Below are positions 36,294 to 45,730 of a stretch of 64,000 nucleotides of DNA, piece after piece (position 1 is the first letter of the stretch; each line of letters opens with the position of its first letter). The stretch is from assembly GCA_024654525.1 (NCBI GenBank), contig JANLHI010000032.1, positions 128,172-192,171 of the forward strand, in the 5' to 3' direction. The notes under the pieces were generated by a model. It was not told where the DNA came from and made no database searches. It worked only from the letters and a program-made list of their open reading frames with translations. Source of the DNA: Patescibacteria group bacterium (GTDB taxonomy: Bacteria; Patescibacteriota; Minisyncoccia; UBA6257; 2-01-FULL-56-20). The translations under genes and the position numbers were made by a program.

Positions 36294-37004
36294 ATGACAC
36301 TCTTGTTAAATAAAGTTGCGGATGAACAGAAACGGAAACCCACAGGTCAGGAAAAAGACCAGTTCCTAAAACAGGCTGGCGATTTCCAACGGCGGTTTAT
36401 GGATGGTTCACTTGTGCCCAATCGTGCGCTTGAGACTTGGCAACAAGTTTCGGAGGGATGGGTACTCGGGGAATCAGGGGTACCCGAACCAAAACCCGCC
36501 GAACTTTTCCTCGACAAACCGATCCAGCATCCCCACCTCTCATTCGTCAGCGAGTTCGAGGTGGAAGTCCCCGCGGACTTCGCGCTCGACAGTGTCCCGC
36601 GCACGGCATACTGCCCGAACGGATGGAATGCAAACATCACTGATATCAATTTCCCTCGTATGTCGCTCGTCAAAGGCAAACGATATATGGCGGAAATCTA
36701 TCAGTTGCGGTGCAATAAGAGCTCGGAGTCCATCGTGAAAATTGCGGATGAGCGAAAGCGAGTCCTGCCAGGAGCCTTGGGCGGCGCAGTCCTTACGAGT
36801 CGCTATGGAGAAAAACTCCCGAAAGATTTTTGGGTCGTGTGTTTGGATAAAATCAAAAACCTTTGGCGCGATGGGCACGGTCTCCATGTTCCGATCTTCA
36901 ACTGGAACGACTTCGGCTGGGACTTCAACTTGGACATCTGGAACGGCGACTGGTTTCAGGGCTTCTACATCGTGTTTTTCCGCGAGTTTGTTTCAAATCC
37001 TTAG
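36294..37004 (+). CDS. DGR target (variable) protein; C-terminal ~40 aa encoded by VR
   Basis: 236 aa with no signal peptide or TM. The C-terminal WRDGHGLHVPIFNWNDFGWDFNLDIWNGDWFQGFYIVFFREF is encoded by the VR. The variable codons correspond to TR AAC/AAT/GAT/TAC codons. Confidence 0.6.
   Translation: MTLLLNKVADEQKRKPTGQEKDQFLKQAGDFQRRFMDGSLVPNRALETWQQVSEGWVLGESGVPEPKPAELFLDKPIQHPHLSFVSEFEVEVPADFALDSVPRTAYCPNGWNANITDINFPRMSLVKGKRYMAEIYQLRCNKSSESIVKIADERKRVLPGALGGAVLTSRYGEKLPKDFWVVCLDKIKNLWRDGHGLHVPIFNWNDFGWDFNLDIWNGDWFQGFYIVFFREFVSNP
36860..36983 (+). repeat. DGR variable repeat (VR)
   Basis: Aligns without gaps to 37346-37469. The 13 mismatches are VR c,g,t,t,g,g,t,t,t,t (plus c,t,t at the 5' edge), all against TR a. 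Homology ends at ...tttttccgc. Confidence 0.75.
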
Positions 37005-37174
37005 GTTTTGGCTCTCCGAACCTTTGGATATTAATCCTTAGACCCTTGAGTGCTTTGCGCTTGGGGGTCTTTGCGTTTTGGTATACTGTTTTCGGATACT
37101 AGGCGAATATGCGCGCGGTTACGGCTTCGCGCTGCCGAATTCTCGATATGCGCATGGAGAGTTGCGCCGGGTAC

Positions 37175-37196
37175 GCCTGCCTACCGGCAGGCAGGC
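37175..37196 (+). repeat. GC-rich hairpin motif copy (gcctgcc-taccggca-ggcaggc) between DGR VR and TR
   Basis: Shares the cctgcc...ggcaggcagg core with 39361-39378. Confidence 0.45.
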
Positions 37197-37345
37197 TTTG
37201 TGCGAGAGGCATGTGCAATTCGTAAAAAAATTGAAACACTCGGTGCGCCTCGCTAGGTGATTAAAGCAAGAAGTTTAATATCACGAATTCGATACAACTC
37301 CGAGATATGCATTCAAGGAGTGGTGGCGCAGGCGGTGCGGCGCAC

Positions 37346-37469
37346 ACAATGGCGCGATGGGAACGATCTCCATGTTCCGAACTTCAACTGGAACGACTAC
37401 GGCTGGAACTTCAACTTGAACATCTGGAACGGCGACTGGAATCAGGGCAACTACATCGTGTTTTTCCGC
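37346..37469 (+). repeat. DGR template repeat (TR)
   Basis: Non-coding copy of the VR. The core (37351-37469) carries 30 adenines, 10 of which correspond to substituted positions in the VR (3 more at the 5' edge). No non-A position differs. AAC-rich when read in the VR frame (aac x7). Confidence 0.75.
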
Positions 37470-37476
37470 TACTGTT

Positions 37477-37830
37477 TCATTTCTCCTCCCGTACGGAGGA
37501 GTTTTGCTTTATAAGTTGATTATGCCACCCGCCGAGCATCCGTCCCGCTTCCGCAAGCGGTGCGGATAATGCAATATATTTCTTTTCGTCGAGGGCATGG
37601 ATTTCCCACGCGAGCAAAAGGAGGCACTTTCCCGTATCAAGCGCCGTGATTGCATGCTTTACTTCTGGTAGCTTTTCCGTCTTTGGGAGAAAGCAGGCGG
37701 TTACCGTATGCTCGATTGTGGCGATGAGAAGCGCGTCAATCCGCGCGGCAAGCGTGTAACGCGAAGCTTTCGGTATGTGCGGTAGATACTCATGCCAAAG
37801 CTTGTATGCGGAAGTAATTTTGTGAAGCAC
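37477..37830 (-). CDS. Avd-like accessory variability determinant (four-helix-bundle protein), opposite strand
   Basis: 117 aa, basic, predicted all-helical. ...RYTLAARIDALLIATIEHTVTAC...KHAITALDTGKCLLLLAWEIHALDEKKYIALSAPLAEAGRMLGGWHNQL resembles the four-helix-bundle (PF05635/TIGR02436) family to which DGR Avd proteins belong. Sits between TR and RT. Confidence 0.5.
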   Translation of the reverse strand: MLHKITSAYKLWHEYLPHIPKASRYTLAARIDALLIATIEHTVTACFLPKTEKLPEVKHAITALDTGKCLLLLAWEIHALDEKKYIALSAPLAEAGRMLGGWHNQLIKQNSSVREEK

Positions 37831-37868
37831 GATTGGACTCCGTGGGGGGGGGGCTTATAAAGAATCAT

Positions 37869-38915
37869 ATGTTTGAACAGATTATTGCAGTCGAAAACTT
37901 GCTCGCGGCGTGGAAAGAATTTTTGCGCGGCAAACGGACGAAACCCGATATGCAGGAATTCTCCTTGATGCTAATGGACAATATCCTAGCTCTTCACGAG
38001 AAACTACGCAACGGCACCTATCGCCACGGGGAGTACAAACATTTCCGCATTACCGACCCTAAGCCACGTGACATTCACAAAGCCACCGTCCGGGACCGGT
38101 TGCTCCACCACGCTATCCATAGGGTGCTCTATCCCTTTTTCGACCGCACATTCATCGCCGACTCGTTCTCATGCAGGAATGGAAAAGGGACGCATCGCGC
38201 GATGAACCGTTTCCGCATGTTTGCCTATCAAGCGAGCAGGAATCACACTCGCACGTGCTGGGTGCTGAAGTGCGATATCCGCAAATTCTTCGCTTCAGTT
38301 GACCACCATATGCTCATGGAAATTCTCCGTTCCCGGATAACAGATAAAAAGACTCTTTGGTTACTCGGGGACATTGTGGGAAGTTTTTCAAACACAAAAA
38401 TCCCTCGGTTCGCGAACTCGCCACTCCCTTCCCTCTTTCGTTCGCAAGCTTCGGTGGGCTCAGTACGAACGGGAGAACCAGGAGGAATAGGGCTTCCGCT
38501 CGGAAACCTCACGTCCCAGCTTCTCGTGAATGTTTACATGAATGAGTTTGACCAGTTTGTGAAACATCGCTTGCGAGTAAAGTATTACGTCCGTTATGCG
38601 GACGATTTTATAATTATGTCCCAAAATAAGATGTGGCTCGAAACTATCTTGCCAGAAATGGAATCTTTTCTTTGGGGTTGGCTGAAACTTCGCCTGCATC
38701 CCGGCAAGGTGTCCGTTTCCACGATCGCCTCGGGCGTGGATTTCCTCGGCTGGGTGCATTTCCCAAGCCATCGCGTGCTACGAACGGCGACGAAAAAGAG
38801 AATGATGAAAAGAATCTTTGCGCATCCCACGAGCGAAACCTTCGAATCTTATAAAAGCCTTTTATCTCATGGCAACGCATTCGGATTGGAGAAAAAATTT
38901 ATATCAAGCTCTTGA
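37869..38915 (+). CDS. DGR-type reverse transcriptase
   Basis: RT domains are present: RITDPKPRDIHKATVRDRLLHHAI (1-2), SFSCRNGKGTHRA (3), GLPLGNLTSQLLVNVYMNEFD (4, with the DGR-specific [I/L]GxxxSQ motif replacing the group II QGxxxSP), YVRYADDFII (5, YxDD) and LRLHPGKVSV...VDFLGW (6-7). The track ORF starts at TTG 37833. ATG 37869 is preferred; a G10 run lies between them. Confidence 0.8.
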   Translation: MFEQIIAVENLLAAWKEFLRGKRTKPDMQEFSLMLMDNILALHEKLRNGTYRHGEYKHFRITDPKPRDIHKATVRDRLLHHAIHRVLYPFFDRTFIADSFSCRNGKGTHRAMNRFRMFAYQASRNHTRTCWVLKCDIRKFFASVDHHMLMEILRSRITDKKTLWLLGDIVGSFSNTKIPRFANSPLPSLFRSQASVGSVRTGEPGGIGLPLGNLTSQLLVNVYMNEFDQFVKHRLRVKYYVRYADDFIIMSQNKMWLETILPEMESFLWGWLKLRLHPGKVSVSTIASGVDFLGWVHFPSHRVLRTATKKRMMKRIFAHPTSETFESYKSLLSHGNAFGLEKKFISSS

Positions 38916-38939
38916 CAGCCCTTCGCGCGGGGCTATAAT
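38912..38939 (+). promoter_or_regulatory. near-consensus sigma70-type promoter for groES-groEL
   Basis: TTGACA (38912-38917) - 16 nt - TATAAT (38934-38939). Confidence 0.55.
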
Positions 38940-38946
38940 ACTTCCA

Positions 38947-38973
38947 TTAGCACTCTTTAGTCGGGAGTGCCAG
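38947..38973 (+). promoter_or_regulatory. CIRCE-like HrcA operator
   Basis: ttagcactc-tttagtcgg-gagtgccag against the consensus TTAGCACTC-N9-GAGTGCTAA. The left arm is perfect and the right arm has 2 mismatches. Lies between the promoter and the groES start. Confidence 0.6.
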
Positions 38974-38992
38974 ATTAACTTAATATAAGTTT

Positions 38993-39283
38993 ATGCAATT
39001 TAAACCATTGTCTCACCACGTATTCCTTGAGCCTCTTGAGGAAGAAAAGGTGACGAAGTCTGGTATTGTGCTTCCGGAGACGGCTGAGAAAGAAAAGCCG
39101 ATGAGGGGGAAGGTGCTTGCGACGGGTCCGGGTAAGTTGAACGAAAAAGGTGAGCGTGTGCCAATGTCGGTCAAGGTCGGCGACACTGTCCTCTTTAAAA
39201 AATATGGTCCTGACGAGATAGAGATAGAAGGAAAAAAATATTTAGTAGGGGATGAGGATGATATCTTGGCAATTATAGAATAA
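38993..39283 (+). CDS. groES: co-chaperonin GroES
   Basis: 96 aa. ...RGKVLATGPGK...VKVGDTVLFKKYG...IEIEGKKYLV is the canonical Hsp10 sequence. Confidence 0.9.
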   Translation: MQFKPLSHHVFLEPLEEEKVTKSGIVLPETAEKEKPMRGKVLATGPGKLNEKGERVPMSVKVGDTVLFKKYGPDEIEIEGKKYLVGDEDDILAIIE

Positions 39284-39321
39284 CTGAAGTAATCGTTAAT
39301 AACGCGAATTGAGGCAAATAA

Positions 39322-41067
<1,746 letters not shown>

Positions 41068-41118
41068 AGCCGAGTAAGTTAGCCCGCCTCCGTTGAAACT
41101 ACGGCGAGACGGAAGTAG

Positions 41119-41145
41119 GCAATGCCCCGCAGTGCGGGGCATTGC
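41119..41145 (+). terminator. putative terminator hairpin after groEL
   Basis: gcaatgccccgc-agt-gcggggcattgc is a perfect 12-bp stem. The downstream T-run is weak (gatttgtgg). Confidence 0.45.
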
Positions 41146-41166
41146 GATTTGTGGTAGGGTAAATGT

Positions 41167-41802
41167 ATGAAAATTTCAAAGATATATATCATTGTGGTGG
41201 CATTCATTCTTATTGTGGGGTATGGGGTGTATCGGAATTCTTTGGAATCTAAGAAGTATCATAACGAAATTTCCATCAAACAGGATCAAATTGATAAGGA
41301 GGTGGGGGAGTGGAGTGTATATCGCAACGACGAATATGGATTTGAGTTTAAGTACCCTGCGCGGTTCACTGTGGCGCCCGAGTCCGCTCCGTGGAGTACT
41401 TACAATGCGAATTTCACCCTAGTTGCATTTGAGTCAATTGATCCCGAAATTTCGTTTCCGAACGAGTTGTTTATTGTGAGTAGATTTCCTATCCCTTCAG
41501 GGAAGTCATTCAGAGATGTTTTCTTTGACAATACATTTTTTGATCCAAGTGGATTGCGTCCTGTTTCGCTTTCGGAGTTTACGAAAAAAACCATCAACGG
41601 ACGTGAATTTTATGCTATTCGTACTTCACGGTTTGAGGGAACGCTGGCGTTCGCGTATTACCTCGTAGAGCCATCATTTGTGTATCGTTTTGATGCGCTT
41701 GAGCAGGGGGTGGATTGGATGAACCCGGATTTAGATGAGGAGAATAATGTGACGCATACGACATTGAGAAAAGTTTTGAATACTCTTTCTTTGATTCAAT
41801 AA
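41167..41802 (+). CDS. hypothetical protein with N-terminal transmembrane anchor
   Basis: 211 aa. N-terminal hydrophobic helix (IYIIVVAFILIVGYGVY). No recognisable domain. Confidence 0.4.
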   Translation: MKISKIYIIVVAFILIVGYGVYRNSLESKKYHNEISIKQDQIDKEVGEWSVYRNDEYGFEFKYPARFTVAPESAPWSTYNANFTLVAFESIDPEISFPNELFIVSRFPIPSGKSFRDVFFDNTFFDPSGLRPVSLSEFTKKTINGREFYAIRTSRFEGTLAFAYYLVEPSFVYRFDALEQGVDWMNPDLDEENNVTHTTLRKVLNTLSLIQ

Positions 41803-41843
41803 AAACCTTTTTCTTTCCCCTTGTTTCTGCTATTCTCTAGGGA

Positions 41844-43541
41844 ATGAATTTCCAAGAAAACCTTGACGCATACACGCCGGATTTTACTCCATATGACTGG
41901 ACTCCGGAGGATAGGGATCTTTTAGCTCCTTTCGTTACCAATCTCGACGGACTTGTAACGGTGTTGCGCAATTTACCTCCTGAAATTGCGGGAGCGCTTT
42001 GTTCACGAGCAAGCCGTGCGACAAAATCGCTCGTGGAGGTGCTTCTGAAAGAATATCTCCATCCCATTTTGCAAGGTGAAGACAAAAAGCTTGCCGAGGA
42101 ATTGAAGGAAACCATCTCGTTTCTTCGCAATCATGGGTTTAAGAATATTTTGAACAATCAGCGGGCGCAGGCGTTTTATGCAAAATGGCTTTCTCAATAT
42201 GGAGATGATTCAATCGCCCAGCTTACCGGTACGCATGTGGTGTTGTGGGGCATCTCACAAGTTGCGTTGAAATTTGTGGAGGACCAGCGCATAGGAATTG
42301 AACCGCTTGAAAAGTCCACGCGTTATGTGAGTTACGGGAATAAAGTGGGAGGGCGATATTTATATTACATTCCGAAGCCCGATCTTGAACGGCTGGGGAT
42401 GATGAAAGAGTATGCGGAGACGCTCGATAATCTTTTTGATACGTACGGACGTCTTCTTCCCGAGTTGATTGTGTGGCTCAGGGAAAATTATGAAGAGAAA
42501 GAATCGATCCTTGAAAAAAAGGCATTCGACACGCTTCGCGGATTGCTCCCTATGGCGACATTGTCGCAAGTGGCATTTCGGGGGAATGCACAGGCATTGG
42601 AGTATCTTATCAGTCGTATGGCGCGGTATCCTCTGGGAGAATTTCGGTGGCTTTCCTCCGCGCTCAAAACAGAACTCGATAAAGAAATTCCTTCGCTCCT
42701 CTTGCGGCTTGGTGATGAGAGGTCACAGGAATACCAGCATTATTTGAGCGAGCGTTACGGTGCGGTAAGGAGTTTTGTAAAAAAAGAATTGCACGAAACA
42801 TACAAAGATGCGTTTTTCCGTGCAGGAACAAAACCGGAGGTACAACTTGTCGAATATGACCCGGATGCGGAAATAAAAATCCTCGCCGGCATCCTTTTCA
42901 AAGAAGCGCATGGCGGGTGGGATGAGGCGTTGCAAGTGGTAAAAAGCATGAATCAAGAAGCCAAGCGCGAGTTATTCAAGCGATATCTCTTGAACCGGAC
43001 TGCGCGTTGGTGGAAAACGGGAAGAGCATTTGAGAATTCTTATCTTCGCTTTGAGATTGTTATGGATGCGGGTGCATATAGGGATCTTCAGCGTCATCGC
43101 ATGCTTACACAAGAGCGTCAACGTTTTTCCGCGCATCATGGGTATAATGTACCGAAGGAGCTGATAGAGTCAGGGCTTGCGCCACGATTTGAAAAGGCGC
43201 TTGTGAAGGCGGGGGAGTTGTTTGCGACGCTTGAGGCGCATGATGCGGAGCTTGCGCAATATGTGGTGCCGATGGCGTACCGTATGCGTTTTTATCAGTG
43301 GCAGAATTTCCGTTCTTTTTTTTGGGAGACGGAGTTGCGTACCATTTCACAAGGACATCCGGATTATCGTTATATTGAACATGAGAAATATCGCCTCGTA
43401 AAAGAAAAATTTCCGCTTCTTGCGGAATTTATGCTGGTGGATACGAACGCCTATTCAATTGCCCGTCGTGGTACTGAAGAGAGGATTGCGAAAAAAGAGA
43501 AAGAGATAATCGAAAAACTGGGAAAGAGGAGCGCTCAGTAA
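41844..43541 (+). CDS. thyX: FAD-dependent thymidylate synthase ThyX-like, tandem (pseudo-dimeric) form
   Basis: The C-terminal half has FEIVMDAGAYRDLQRHRMLTQERQRFS (RHR motif region) and VPMAYRMRFYQWQNFRSFFWETELR (compare ThyX vP.a.rt.f...N.Rsl.hf..LR). The N-terminal half has a degenerate second copy (LTGTHVVLWGISQVALKFVEDQRIGIEPLEKSTRYVSY). 565 aa against ~220-250 for a single-domain ThyX. Confidence 0.5.
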   Translation: MNFQENLDAYTPDFTPYDWTPEDRDLLAPFVTNLDGLVTVLRNLPPEIAGALCSRASRATKSLVEVLLKEYLHPILQGEDKKLAEELKETISFLRNHGFKNILNNQRAQAFYAKWLSQYGDDSIAQLTGTHVVLWGISQVALKFVEDQRIGIEPLEKSTRYVSYGNKVGGRYLYYIPKPDLERLGMMKEYAETLDNLFDTYGRLLPELIVWLRENYEEKESILEKKAFDTLRGLLPMATLSQVAFRGNAQALEYLISRMARYPLGEFRWLSSALKTELDKEIPSLLLRLGDERSQEYQHYLSERYGAVRSFVKKELHETYKDAFFRAGTKPEVQLVEYDPDAEIKILAGILFKEAHGGWDEALQVVKSMNQEAKRELFKRYLLNRTARWWKTGRAFENSYLRFEIVMDAGAYRDLQRHRMLTQERQRFSAHHGYNVPKELIESGLAPRFEKALVKAGELFATLEAHDAELAQYVVPMAYRMRFYQWQNFRSFFWETELRTISQGHPDYRYIEHEKYRLVKEKFPLLAEFMLVDTNAYSIARRGTEERIAKKEKEIIEKLGKRSAQ

Positions 43542-43564
43542 ATTGGGTATGGTACGGTAAAGTC

Positions 43565-43702
43565 ATGAAACAAAACGACATGCCTAATTTGTCGGTGGGA
43601 ATCATAACCGTGCTTGCGGTGTGGTGGATTACTTATACCGCGATAACCACGCCGGGAGTTCCATCTCAAAACAGGACGGATACCGCGGGATGGAATACGT
43701 AA
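43565..43702 (+). CDS. small hypothetical membrane protein (45 aa)
   Basis: ATG 43565: MKQNDMPNLSVGIITVLAVWWITYTAITTPGVPSQNRTDTAGWNT, with one hydrophobic helix. Below the ORF-track size cutoff. Low confidence. Confidence 0.2.
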   Translation: MKQNDMPNLSVGIITVLAVWWITYTAITTPGVPSQNRTDTAGWNT

Positions 43703-43711
43703 TATCGCTCA

Positions 43712-44179
43712 ATGGCATCAATCCAAAAGTTCGAAGACCTTATTTGTTGGCAAAAAGCGCGATTGCTTGCAAACTTCGTGTTTGATATCACTGATGAACC
43801 GAAGTTTAGAGACGTAGATTTAAAACGCCAAATCCGGCGCGCGGCGGTTTCCCCGATGTCAAACATTGCCGAGGGATTCTGCCGTGGCACGCAGGCGGAA
43901 TTTGTGGACGCGTTCTTTATTGCAAAAGGAGAGGTGGGAGAAGTGCAAAGTCAGTTGTATTTGGCATATGACAGGCAATATATTGATATATCGAAATTTC
44001 GAGAGGGATTACAACTTGCCGATGAATGCGCGCGACTCGTCCATAGTTTTTCAGAAAAAGTGAAAGGTGGTGCGCGTCGTGGATTGCAGTTTAAACATGT
44101 ATCAAAACCTGACGATTCGAAAGATTTGATTAAACAGTATGCTCCGGAAGCGTATAAACGGATGTACGGCGAAGGGTGA
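43712..44179 (+). CDS. four-helix-bundle protein (23S rRNA intervening sequence protein family, TIGR02436)
   Basis: FEDLICWQKARLLANFVFDIT...LKRQIRRAAVSPMSNIAEGFCRGTQAEFVDAFFIAKGEVGEVQSQLYLA matches the family consensus (fedLevWqka..l...iy.lt...e...L.sQlrRAavSi.sNIAEG..r.s.kef..fl.iA.GS..El.tqL.la). Confidence 0.6.
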   Translation: MASIQKFEDLICWQKARLLANFVFDITDEPKFRDVDLKRQIRRAAVSPMSNIAEGFCRGTQAEFVDAFFIAKGEVGEVQSQLYLAYDRQYIDISKFREGLQLADECARLVHSFSEKVKGGARRGLQFKHVSKPDDSKDLIKQYAPEAYKRMYGEG

Positions 44180-44236
44180 TACGCAAAAATTTGGACATAT
44201 CAATATGTCCAAACAGTACTATATCGAAATTTTACT

Positions 44237-45127
44237 CTACCATCCTCCGCTTGAGCCACCGCCACCCGAACTTCCTCCGCCGAATCCTCCAAATCCACCG
44301 CCACCTCGTCCTCCGCCAATCCACCATGGCGGGAGATGGTGTGTACTCATACTTTGCGCATATTTATGAGAAACTACGTAGTCAAAAAGAAGTCCGAGGG
44401 GAATGAATGCGGCGATGGCGATAATCCCGAAGTAAAGAAATCCATAGATGAGTCCAAATACTACGCCGACCGCACCTCCGAGTATGCCCCCGAGCCACCA
44501 TGATTTCGAGCGTCCGAGGATGCTTGCTAACCACATGGGGACAAAGAAAATTATCCAAAACCAATCTACCGAGGATTTTTTGGTGTTGCGTGACTGTTGC
44601 GCAGAAGGGATTATTTCTCCGCGTGTTGCGTCGATTATTTTTCCTATCGCGCTATTTATTCCTCCCGCATAATCTCCCTGTTTAAACGCAGGGGTAAGAA
44701 TATTTTGAAGTATCCAATAACTTTGTGCATCGGTGAGCGCTCCCTCAAGTCCATATCCCACTTCGATTCTGAATTTTCTGTCATCGCGTGCGATAAGGAG
44801 AAGTATTCCATTGTCTGCATCTTTGTTGCCAACCCCCCAATTTTTGAAAAGTTTTTCTGCAAAATTTTCTATGGTGTCGCCGTTGAGTGTGGGGATAGTA
44901 GCCACGGAAATTTCATGTCCCGTTTCTTGCGCGAATGAGGAAAGTTTTACTTCGAGCGCCGAGCGTGTGCCGGCATCAAGCATTTCCGCAAAATCATTCA
45001 CAAACCCCACGGGATTTCCGGGATTTACGTAGGCGTGCGCGAAAGGGGTAACCGTCAGCGAGTAGCCGGTAGCAAGTAGAAGAAATAGAAAAATTGCTGT
45101 TTTATACATGAATTCCAAAAATAACAT
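44237..45127 (-). CDS. TPM-domain protein (YgcG/TLP18.3-like) with C-terminal TM segments and Gly-rich tail
   Basis: Signal peptide followed by YVNDFAEMLDAGTRSALEVKLSSFAQETGHEISVATIPTLNGDTIENFAEKLFKNWGVGNKDADNGILLLIARDDRKFRIEVGYGLEG, the TPM phosphatase domain (PF04536) pattern. The tail is GGGRGGGGFGGFGGGSSGGGG. Confidence 0.6.
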   Translation of the reverse strand: MLFLEFMYKTAIFLFLLLATGYSLTVTPFAHAYVNPGNPVGFVNDFAEMLDAGTRSALEVKLSSFAQETGHEISVATIPTLNGDTIENFAEKLFKNWGVGNKDADNGILLLIARDDRKFRIEVGYGLEGALTDAQSYWILQNILTPAFKQGDYAGGINSAIGKIIDATRGEIIPSAQQSRNTKKSSVDWFWIIFFVPMWLASILGRSKSWWLGGILGGAVGVVFGLIYGFLYFGIIAIAAFIPLGLLFDYVVSHKYAQSMSTHHLPPWWIGGGRGGGGFGGFGGGSSGGGGSSGGW

Positions 45128-45175
45128 CGCAGTATATTGCGTGTTTACTTTCCGCTCTATACTGCGCGCTAGTCG

Positions 45176-45730
45176 CTAGAACTGTACTGCCGGTGCATTC
45201 TCGGTACCCGCAGCAGCTTCAAAGTACGTGCGTTCGGGGAATCCCGCTATTCCGGCAATGATATTTGAAGGGAATCGTTTTACGGTTACATTAAGAATTC
45301 GCACGGCATCGTTGAAGCGCCCGCGTTCCGTACTGACACGATTTTCGGTACCTTCAAGTTGTGCCATAAGAGTTTGGACGTTGTCCGAAGATTTGAGCTG
45401 GGGATAATTTTCCACGATAGCAAGAAGTCTACCCAGTGCGCTTTCCACTTGTCCCGCGGCTTGAGCCTTTGCATCAATAGTGGTTGCTCCCGAATAACGC
45501 GTACGTGCATCGGCGAGTGCCGTGAAAATCGTTTGCTCTTGTTGCATTACTCCTTTTACCGATTCAACGAGATTCGGAATCAGATCAAACCTTCGTTGAT
45601 ATTGTGTTTCGACTTGCGCCCATTGTCCGTCAATCGCCTCGTTTTTCCCGATGAGCGAGTTATACGTGCCGACTCCATAAAGTATGACGATAACCACGAC
45701 TCCTATCACCACCCACCATATTTTTTTCAT
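45176..45730 (-). CDS. lemA: LemA family protein
   Basis: N-terminal TM plus YNSLIGKNEAIDGQWAQVETQYQRRFDLIPNLVESVKG...ENYPQLKSSDNVQTLMAQLEGTENRV...GRFNDAVRILNVTVKRFPSNIIAGIAGF is highly characteristic of LemA. Confidence 0.75.
   Translation of the reverse strand: MKKIWWVVIGVVVIVILYGVGTYNSLIGKNEAIDGQWAQVETQYQRRFDLIPNLVESVKGVMQQEQTIFTALADARTRYSGATTIDAKAQAAGQVESALGRLLAIVENYPQLKSSDNVQTLMAQLEGTENRVSTERGRFNDAVRILNVTVKRFPSNIIAGIAGFPERTYFEAAAGTENAPAVQF

Larger units (their letters stand above)
36294..38915 (+). mobile_element. diversity-generating retroelement (DGR) cassette: target gene with VR - TR - avd-like (opposite strand) - reverse transcriptase
   Basis: A 124-bp repeat pair (VR 36860-36983 at the target gene 3' end, TR 37346-37469 downstream) with 13 differences, all A in TR. 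The adjacent RT carries the DGR-specific LGNLTSQ motif and YADD. A four-helix-bundle Avd-like ORF lies between them. Confidence 0.7.

Noticed and set aside
37257-37519. Plus-strand ORFs (85 aa and 70 aa) covering the TR
   Set aside because: They are the TR read in the VR frame and an alternate frame. The TR is a non-coding template in DGRs, and these ORFs have no start context or independent motifs.
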